This document shows positions 54,040 through 64,000 of a stretch of DNA of 64,000 bases, one piece after another. Source of the DNA: Octopus sinensis (Eukaryota); contig NC_043002.1 of the NCBI RefSeq assembly GCF_006345805.1, positions 87,296,001-87,360,000 on the forward strand. The letters run 5' to 3'. Every line of letters starts with the position of its first letter. The first letter of the stretch is position 1. Under the pieces are notes generated by a model that was given only the letters and a program-made list of their open reading frames with translations, was not told the origin of the DNA and did no database searches. The translations under genes and the position numbers were made by a program.

Positions 54040-54388
54040 TGTATGTATGTAAAGCTGGACTCAAGAGTCATCTTCGTAGTCATAAAGCGAGACAGATGAG
54101 TGATAACCTGGCCACTGGTGGTGGTGTAACACACCATACTAATCATATCTGTCGAGCATGTGGAAGAGAGTGTAATTCGGCAGGAGGACTTAAACGACAT
54201 GCAAAGGTACATGAAGCACGGGGTACAACTACAGCCGGCTATTACCGGTAAAGGTTTTAGTTGCCAATTCTGTACAAGACATTGTAGATCTTTAGCTGGG
54301 CTAAAAAGTCACATTCGATCAAAGCATCAGAAACAGTTAAGCTTCGTGTAATGGCCATACTCGATAACGAGGGGGCAGCCATCATCAT
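54040..54388 (+). mobile_element. RTE 3' end encoding C2H2 zinc fingers, frameshifted
   Basis: CKAGLKSHLRSH; CRACGRECNSAGGLKRHAKVH; CQFCTRHCRSLAGLKSHIRSKH; followed by a tail ending (CAT)n. Confidence 0.7.
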
Positions 54389-56239
54389 ACACCATGTATG
54401 TATGTATGTATGTATGTATGTATGTATGTATGTATGTATGTATGTATGTATGCATATGTATATGTCAGGTCACTTTCGAGTGCTACTGGTAGCATGTAAC
54501 CCAGTACAACCTGTAGCATGGTCGGGTCGTCGGCGGCCCTACCAAGCTTGCTTGGTGAGGAGGGTGTTTATTGGACACCCTGCGGGATGAAAAACAAAGC
54601 TCGTCAAAGGACGGAGGAACTCTTGAGAGTCAACAGCCATCCAATAAATGTCTTAAGGCTGTATCATGCGCAGGGACATAGAAATAATTGGACTGAATAC
54701 CCGATCGCGCAGTTAAACCATTGGGAGTGAAGGACTCCTAGCCTTTGTTAGGGCATCCTTCTAGGAGAAGGTAACTCGGGTAACTGGGATAACTCCGGCA
54801 TAAAACCTGCGGCTCAGTGATTACCGATGATGTTGACTTGTTCTTCTTTTCGGATTATGGCTGCTGTTGCTTAGTGAGTGGGATTGACTCAGTGCACAGC
54901 CTTTCCTCACTTTAAAAATAATCTTCTTGCACAGGCATTGCACGATAACAACATTGATTAAGCTTCGTGCAATGGCCATACTCGATAACGAGGGGGCAGC
55001 CACCATGTATGTATGTATGTATGTATGTATGTATGTATGTATGTATGTATGTATGTATGTATGTATGTATGTATGTATGCATGTATGAATGAATGAATGT
55101 ATGTATGTATGTATGTATGTTGTATGTATGTATGTATGTATGTATGTATGTATGTATGTGTGTGTGTATGTATATATATGTATGTGTGTGTTTGGGTATG
55201 TGTTTGCATGTGTGTGTATGTGGGTGTGTATGTGTAAGTATTTACGTATGTACGTACGTCCTGAGTATGAATTTAAATTGCATCCTGTAGTGGAGCTCTG
55301 GTTCAGGATTCTCGGGGTATTGAGAAGTGTGAAACCGAATCTTAACTATTATTGTTCCTTGTTCTATTCTGACCCGGGGTAAAACACCAGGGTTCCAGCT
55401 ATGGGTTAACCAGAATATATGATGGCAGTCCAACTGAACGCCGGTATGTAGAAATACCCTTGGTTGGTCTCAGGTCGCGCAGTTAAACCACTGGGTGTGA
55501 GGAATCCCTAGCTGTTGTCACAACTTCTTTCTAGGAGAGATTTAACATGGTTACTGGTCATGTTTCAGCTTGTTGCTAATCACAGTGGTTCAGTTAGTTG
55601 TATTCGTGTTGTACAAGCGTTTGTCACTATAATCCAAAGACGTACAAATGTTTCTTGATGGTAACCTTATACAACATTCCATCTACTGAATGTCCCATAG
55701 CAATGGAAGAGTGGCGACATGTTCAGACCCAACCCGTTGGAAGTGCACAGTAAATGACAACTTTCTACTGTCACCAACGTGCCAAACCATATAGGCCTGC
55801 AACAATCATGAGAGTTATGGGCGGAAAGCTACTGAGGACGAGGAAGCACACAGAGACGGGAATCATTTGAGAAGATGAAGCGCAGTGGCCATGCAAGTAG
55901 ATACAAATGTATGTGTGCACATATTTATGTATGTACATATGCGTGTATCATTGTATGCATGTACATACGTACTTAAGTATGTATACAGACATACATGTTT
56001 GTACGTGCTTTTCATTAGACACCCTACAAAGCGAAAAACAAACCTGTAAAATGACTGAGGAACTCAGTGGAGTCAACAACCAATTAACAGCCGAAAGTGA
56101 GGAACCCCAGTTGTTTGTTTAAACATCTCTCTAACGGAAGGAAAGTCCAAAATAAAACCCACTTTATTGCGAAGATGAAGATCTTTCTCTAGCTTGTCTT
56201 AGCGGTGTCGTGCAAGCTGCTAGTTTTAAATTTCAGCAC

Positions 56240-56430
56240 GGCAAACTGGCAGAATCGTTTGCATACCGGAAAAATGCTTAACGGCATTTCGTCCGTTTTT
56301 TTCCGTTCTGAGTTCAGATTCCGCTCAGGTGGACTTTGCGTTTCATTCGTTTGGGGTCGATAAAATATGTACCTGTGAAGCACTGGGGTCAATGTAATCG
56401 AACTGTACCCTCCTACCAAATTTCAGGTCT
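56240..56430 (+). mobile_element. SINE family B
   Basis: Family B head and core. Confidence 0.8.
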
Positions 56431-57009
56431 GTATGTGTGTATGTAGGTACGTACATATCTAAGTATGTATGTATGTATATATGCATCCATGTGTGTATAT
56501 GTATCACTTTTAGAGTGAAGGAGCACGGCTTAGTGGCTAGGGTGTTCGGCACCTTGTGTCTTTGAGCGAGACACTTTATTTCACGTTGCTCCAGTCTACT
56601 CAGCTGGCAAAAACGAGTAGTACCTGTTCTTCAAAGGGCAAGCCTCGTCACATTCCTTGTCACACTGATTCTCCCTGAGAGCTACGCTAAGGTTACGTAC
56701 ATACGATAAGGGTCTGTGGACTGCTCAATCGCTTACACTTTAATTTCATGAACAGGCTGTTCCAGTGATCAGAGAAACTGGAACCTTTCTCTTTATAACG
56801 GACAGAATGCCAGTATCTCTTTCACCTTTAAAGAACGAAGCAAATCTCCAACATTACTTACATAAAAACAGCAAGAAGTTAGGGTTATGGTGATAGTTTT
56901 GAAAATTCCCACATTTTTCCTTGCTATACAGATTAAAAAAAAAAACAGAACCTAAATAAACTGGACTCTTATTTTAACTGAAAACTTAAATGCATCTATG
57001 CAAGTATAT

Positions 57010-57171
57010 AGGCGCAGGAGTGGCTGTGTGGTAAGTAGCTTGCTTACCAACCAGATGGTTCCGGGTTCAGTCTCACTGCGTGACAGCTTGGGCAATATCT
57101 TCTGCTATAGCTTCGGGCCGACCAAAGCCTTGTGAGTGAATTTGGTAGACGGAAACTGAAAGAAGCCCGTC

Positions 57172-57221
<50 letters not shown>

Positions 57222-57433
57222 ATATGTTTGTGTGTCTGTGTTTGTCTCTCTAGCATTGCTTGAGAACCGATGCTGGTGTGTTTACGTCCCTTAGCAGTAG
57301 CGGTTCGGCAAAAGAGCCCGATAGAATAAGTACTGGGCTCACAAAGAATAAGTCCTGGGGTTGATTTGCTCGACTTAAGGCGTTGCTTCAGCATGGCCGC
57401 AGTCGAATGATTGAAACAAGTAAAAGAGAAAAG
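57010..57433 (+). mobile_element. SINE family A full-length
   Basis: Complete family A structure. Confidence 0.92.
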
Positions 57434-58321
57434 ATTAAAAGAGAGAGTAGAGTATTCAGGACAAGTCTAACTCCTTCGTCAAAGGAACTGGAAATTAAAA
57501 AAAAATCCAGTTTTGTGTGTACTGGGAAACATGGGTGTAATATGTCTTTGGAATCAAGACAGCGAACTACCAGTTTCTTATCAGAGGAATTCTCTATATT
57601 TGCAAATCAGAAGTAAATAGATATTGAGATAAGCATAATGACATGTATTCATGTTTGAGTTTGCATGACGGGATAGATAGACAGGCGTATACATACTTAT
57701 ATGCATTCACATATGTATGTATATATATGTGTATGTGTGTGTGCGCACACGCTTGTCAAAATTTCCCTCGTAGACAGAAGAATGAGGGTGGATGTCCTCT
57801 GAAGAATAACCAATTAGTTATGAAACATGCCAGGGCAATATCCTTATTTTACTGCGTGTAAGAGAAAAATGAGATGTTTTAATATCTGTTTATTTTCTAA
57901 ACTGAGTGGATGCTAAATATCCTAATTACAGTTAAATGAAATTCAGATTCTCAAACGCACGCTGTATGCACATTAATACGTACGTACATATATACATAGA
58001 CACGCACACACACATACACACACATACACACACATACACATACACACTTGATGTTTGGGAATATGTAATAATGTATTTTGAAATAATTTGATTTTGATAA
58101 TCTGTTTTTCAATACGTTATTGTATTTTGAAATGATCTGATTGTAATAATATACTTTAAAATTAATAAACTGCGATGTAAAAGGAATAGCGAATTTTCTT
58201 ATTTTTCAATATCTCTTGATTTGCGTTGGATGTTCTTCACATTATATATATACTTACATACATGCATGCATAAATGTATATATATGTGTGTGTGTATGTG
58301 TGCGTGTGTGTGTGTGTGTGT

Positions 58322-58353
<32 letters not shown>

Positions 58354-58751
58354 TGTGTATGTAAGTATATATAGGGAGAATTCACAAAAAAAAAACACAA
58401 AAGACGAAGCAGGTGGTGTAGACAACAAAAAGATGCATTAGTTTAACGCTCGGGAAGAGAAAAAGTCTTTAACGTTTCGAGCCTACACTCTTCCACAGAA
58501 AGGAACACAGAAAGAAACAAGGAGAGAAATTAAAGAATGTGTAGTGGCTAGCGCACTGTCATATGAATATATATAATATATTTATTCTCGGTACAATCCC
58601 ATAAAGCTCCTCTTGTAAGTTTGAATCACTAGGCCGTTACCAACCAAATAATATAGGAGCTCTTATGCTACACACTTCAACGTTTTCCGTAAAGGAACTT
58701 GAACGTTATAGATATATATATATATATATATATAGTAAGCATATGTGAAAC

Positions 58752-58837
<86 letters not shown>

Positions 58838-58889
58838 TTAGATAGATATTGAACAATGAACGAATGACATACACAGAGATATAGTTCTC

Positions 58890-59337
58890 GGATCTTTTCG
58901 GTTTGAACGGCAGTTTTTAACATAATTTCTAGGTTACTAAAAAATTTTAAACTTCGCTTTTTCTCTTGGCTTTATTGAGAAAATTCTATAGTTTGTAAGA
59001 TATTTGTTGTCTTTTTTCTTCAATTTCTGCAATTTCAACCAATCAGTGACGTCCATTGAGGTAAAAAACATTCTGTGCCGTATGAATATGACCCTCATTT
59101 AAGAAACAGATTGGGTTTATTTACATTTGTGAAGAAAAAAAGATACCCTTCCTCCCACCCCTAACCCTAATCCTAACCATATCCTTAAGTCTAACTCTAA
59201 CTAATCCTAACCAACCCTAACTAACCCTAACCGTAAAACAGATTGAAATGCAATAGATCGATACTAGGGTCATAATTATGGGTGACAATTTCATATGACA
59301 CCGCTAGAAAAAACTGCCGTTCAAACCGAAGAGATCC
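58890..59337. mobile_element. MITE copy 3, perfect 8-bp TSD TAGTTCTC
   Basis: TSD at 58882-58889 and 59338-59345; longest CCCTAA-like tract. Confidence 0.93.
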
Positions 59338-59769
59338 TAGTTCTCTACAAGCCAACATCTGGGGATCTTTTGCAAACTAATGTTTACATTTCTGTTAATA
59401 TTTCGTAAGAGAGTGGAGCTTTTGAATCGTAGCAGCTGATATCAACAATAACTGGAATGCAACGATGCCTAATATGCCCCGTAGCAGTTTTAATTAAAAC
59501 AATGTGCAAGGTTTTCTTTTTCCACAAAGAAGTGGAACAATGTTGCACTTCTTTGTGAAGATTCTTAAAAAGCAATAAACTACAGGATCATTTATAAATG
59601 AACGTCTTTAAAATTGCGAAGATCGCGAATCTGAAGTAACTTCAGCAACATTTTGTATACATAACAAAGAACACATACAAAATAAACTATAATATTTTAA
59701 ATACAATACTGACAGACAGCATTATTGAAAACTGTAACCAAAATACCTAATGTAAATTGGTTTTAAATT

Positions 59770-60183
59770 TTGGTACAAGGCCAGCACTTCCGGGGAAGTT
59801 GGCAAGTCAATTACATCGACTTAACTAGAACTTATTTTAATTGACCTCCAAAGGATGAAAGGCAAAGTCGATCTTAGCGAAATTCGAACTCAGAACGTAT
59901 AGACGGACGAAATACCGCTAAACTTTTTGCCCGAGAAGTTAACGATTCTTATTTCTTTATTGCCCACAAGGGGATAAACATAGAGGGGGAGAAACAAGGA
60001 CAGACAAAGTGATTAAGTCGATTACATCGACCCCAGTGCGTAACTGGTACTTAATTTATCGACCCCGAAAGAATGAAGAGCAAAGTCGACCTCGGTGGAA
60101 TTTGAACTCAGAACGTAACGGCAGACGAAATATTGCTACGCATTTCGCCCGGCGTGCTAACGTTTCTGCCAGCTCGCTGCCTT
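59770..60183 (-). mobile_element. Two SINE family B copies
   Basis: Reverse-complement family B sequence. Confidence 0.85.
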
Positions 60184-60320
60184 GAATACACCTATACTAT
60201 ATTAAATTCTAAACACTTGAAACTAAAGCATACACTTGGACCTTAACTATGATGAGAGACTAGAAGTATTTGTGCTAGAAAAAATAATGCTTTATACAAT
60301 TATGAACTAACTTTACATAA

Positions 60321-62380
60321 CACTGGTCTACAAGTTTTTTTTGTGTTTAGGAAAGAGGCATCACTCCTATACAAAATTGGTTTCCTGAATCCAAATATAA
60401 CCTTTTTGACCTATCAGATCTAGTTTTTAAGTTATTGAACATCCTTATAGTAACTATGTATGTGTGTACATCCAGCCCCCACTGTTCGTTACCTTATTCT
60501 AATTCTAAGTTTTTTGCTTTTCCATTCTATTTAGATGTGGTGAACTAAGTAACAGAAAATGAGCAAGATGTCTTCATCAAGAAATTATTGCGTTAATTCT
60601 CCAAATGTGTTTTGTTATGTTTGTGGAGAATACACATAACCTGAAAATCGAAACAAACATCACTGATTTTGTTGAAAGAGCATATATGGCATATTTTGGG
60701 GTCAAGCTGGGAGACCAAGATAAATATTGGGCACTGCATAGTGTCTGCAAACATTTGCGATGATGGACTAAAGGGACAAGGGAAAGTATAATGATTTTTG
60801 TAACCTAAATTTGAAGGGTATTAACAGGAAAAATCGACAAACGCTTGTCTATCTTAATTTTGCCTCTGCTATTAGACCGGTTCCACAGAGCTTCCTGTTC
60901 CTGTCTTCAATGTCTTGATTCAGATAACTTTACCCTCAACCAAAGAAGATTCATCACCTAAAGATGACTCTAGAGATCAAGACTTATCAGTTGAGCTGAA
61001 TGATCTAGTTCGTGACTTGAATTGAACTTCCCAAAAATTTCTGCAGAACTGTTGGCTTCCTGACTGAAAGAAAAGAATATTCTAGAGAATGGTGTCTGTA
61101 TAACCTTTTATTGGAGTCGGCATTAAGAGTTCCTTTTCTTTCTTCACAAAAGAGGAAGCGCTGGGTTACTGCAGAGATGTGAGTGGGCTTCTAAATAAAC
61201 TTGGCATTGAGGAATACAAACGAGAGGAATGGTGTCTTCTCATAGACAGCTCTAAGCGTTGCTTAAAATGTGTATTGTCGCAAAATGGAAATGTGTATGG
61301 CTTTGTGCCACTCGGCCACTCAACAAATCTGAAGGAAAAGTATAAAAAATTAAGTTGGTTTTAGAGAAGATACTGTATCATGATCATAAATGGGTCATCT
61401 GCGTTGACTTAAAGATGGTGAATTTTCTCATGGAACAGCAATCTGGTTATACCAAATACCCATGCTATCTTTGCTTGTGGGGCGATAGTGACCGAGTAAA
61501 CTGGTTGCCTCGAACAAATGTGGCTCCATGTAGAGCTGTTAATATATTGGAAAAACCTTTAGTTGAGCGAGATAAGGTCATTTACCACCCCTCCATTTCC
61601 ACATCGAATTAGGATTGATCAAGCGATTTGTCAAAGCTCTTGGCGAAAATGGGGAGTGCTTCAAGTATATCTCCAGTGTATTTCCAGACTTGACGCTTGA
61701 ATAACTTAAAGCAGGGACTTTCGATGTACCACATATCCATAAGCTTTTGAAGGACATAAATTTCGTGAAAATGATGAGCGAAAATGAAGCATCAGCTTGG
61801 CTAGCATTTGCAGAAGTAGTGCAAAATTTCCTTGAGAAATACGAAAGTGAAAACTATAAAGACCTTGTTACTACCTTGATATCAACTTTTCGTGATATTG
61901 GCACGAATATGAACATCAAAATGCAATATCTTTTTAATCATCTTGATCGTTTCCTGAAAATCTCGGTGTTAGTGATAAACAAAGACATAAAGGAGATGTA
62001 AACTCGGTACCAAGGATGTTGGGATACTGTGATGATGGCACACTATTGCTGGTGTTTAAAACAAGATACTCCTGTTGCTCAACATTCATGGTGCACAAAG
62101 AACCGTAAATTTATTCCTTGAATTTTCTACCAAAAATATTTGTTAATGTGCGTTTTCAATTTTGAATTTTTATTTGTTTTGTTTTGTTTTGTGTTACGCT
62201 CTCTTTATTGATTCATATTATATGCCTCTTGTATAATAAAATACTTGTTCTATCAGGTCTAGTTAGAAAACAAGACTTGACAGAGAAAAACTGAAGTTAT
62301 TTTAAATTTAGCAGGCAAGATCACTTAAAAATTCATTGAAATATTCCAGGCAACAGACAAAAAAAATGTGTTGCCCAGTG
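60321..62380 (+). mobile_element. Chapaev3-like (CMC) DNA transposon, full length, decayed transposase
   Basis: CACTGG...CCAGTG termini with TAA TSD (60318-60320, 62381-62383). Peptides IDSSKRCLKCVL, ICVDLKMVNFL, GYTKYPCYLCLW, AWLAFAEVVQNFL, NMNIKMQYL, HYCW. Confidence 0.8.
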
Positions 62381-62814
62381 TAATTCAAGTCTTACTTAAT
62401 GAATAACCTCCTCAAGCAGATACACAAAATGTTCGCACTGGACGAAAGCTTAATTTAGAGCAATCAATAAAAAAATATTAGATAAATTCAACAACATTAT
62501 CCAAAAATTCCTAGATTAGCACTATGGAATCAGCAGTGCATTAATTATAAGCTGGTTTGCACATATCCTATATAAACACGAATACACATTCACTTAATTT
62601 GATATTAGTAACTACTACGCATCCATCACTAAACACCTAGTAGTGAAAGTCGGGCAGTAGGCTTTACATTTCACAAAACACTATTTTGCAATCACAAAGA
62701 ACGACTTAAATATAAAATCCTTGCTAGAAAATCGGTACTTTTCTCTAACAATACCGCATTGGTGAAAACATATAGCACTGACCTCTTCGATTTAAGTTTA
62801 GAAACTAATGATTA

Positions 62815-64000
62815 TCAGGTCATCCCATAAGTTCTGTCCGATTTTATCTTTTTTAAAATTGAATGAAATTTAATAGTATTTTAGAATATCTAATGGAATT
62901 AAAAATTATTTTTATGCATTTGTGTACATTTAAACTAATCAAATATCATTTTACAGAATGATAGAATTTAAATTTCTTTGATTAAAACCCTTTCTAACAT
63001 GGAAATATCCAAAGAGCATTGGAGTACAAATGCATATGAGTACAAAAAAGGTAACTCTGCAGCCGAAGCGACTCGAAACATACACTCAGTTTATGGGGAA
63101 GAATGCTTGAATGAAAGAACTAGAAGATGGTTTGCAAAATTCAGAAGTGGAGATTTCGGCCTTGAAGATAAAGATCGAACAGGACGACCATTTGAGTTTG
63201 ATGATAAGCTCCTTGAGGCATTACTTTAAGAAGATCCTGCTGCATTATCAGTTGAAGAATTGGCAATAAAGCTCAGTTCAAACCATACAACTGTTCATCG
63301 ACATCTTCAACAACTTAGAAATTTTCCTAAATTTGGAAAATGGGTGCCTCATGAATTGTCTGAAAGCAACCACAAATCTTGAGTTGACATCTGCTCTTCT
63401 TTCCATTCTCGCGAACTCATTTCACCCTTTTTCGATAGACTTGTGACTGGTGACGAAAAGTGGATCTTCTATCGAAATGTTAAATGTCGTAAACAGTGGC
63501 TGGGTAAAAGGGAAAAAGTTCAACCACAACCGAGAAGGGAAATTCATGGGGAAAAGGTTCTTCTCTCTATCTGGTGGGATTGCAAAGGAGTAATTCACTT
63601 TCAATTGTTACCACCTAATGCAACAATCAACGCTCAAGCCTACTGTCAGCAATTAGAGCGTTTGAACCAAGCTTTGAAGAAAAAAAGAACCGCTTTAGTG
63701 AATCGAAAAAGAGTGATGTTTCATCAGGACAATGCGCGATCTGACACTGCAAAGAGCACATCACAGAAGATCGAAGAGCTTGGGAAAAAATCCTCATCCA
63801 CCTTATTCTCCCGACCTTGCTCCTTCAGACGTCCATTTGTTTCGTAGTTTACAGAATCATTTGGGGGACATAACTTTCACAAGCCAGGAGGAGGTCGAAA
63901 CTGACATTTCAGAGTTTTTCGTTTTGAAACCAAAAGAGTTTTACATTGATAGGATTAAAAAGCTTGTAAATAGATGGAAGGAAGTCGTAGATAATCAGGG
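62815..64000 (+). mobile_element. Mariner (DD34D) element, near-complete decayed transposase, runs off the window
   Basis: TA + TIR tcaggtcatcccataagttctgtccg; GRP, WVPHEL, VTGDEKW, FHQDNAR, APSDVHLFRSL. Confidence 0.93.

Overview
AT-rich animal genomic DNA, dense in microsatellites and transposable elements. The SINE families match ones I recall from octopus/cephalopod genomes; that is inference, not a search result. No rRNA, intact tRNA or CRISPR is present. Contents: (i) one candidate spliced host gene at the left end (minus strand, ~248-3142), unidentified; (ii) decayed DNA transposons: four mariner, Tigger/pogo, two Tc1/IS630-like, a full-length Chapaev3 with CAC ends and TAA TSD, and three copies of an 8-bp-TSD MITE carrying telomere-like repeats; (iii) RTE LINE fragments, including a young insertion with a 14-bp TSD, plus a non-autonomous element sharing an RTE 3' tail; (iv) at least four tRNA-derived SINE families; (v) Penelope-like elements (RT + GIY-YIG); (vi) a 2.78-kb tandem duplication and several large palindromes. 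The most notable signal, absent from the ORF track, is a set of at least 14 type I hammerhead-ribozyme motifs in five or more sequence families. These include a fully canonical one with a branched stem II (17056-17144), a U3-A8 covariant pair, and a family with a fixed U6 core variant. This suggests a ribozyme-bearing, Penelope-mobilised (retrozyme-like) repeat system. All alignments and folds were done by eye.
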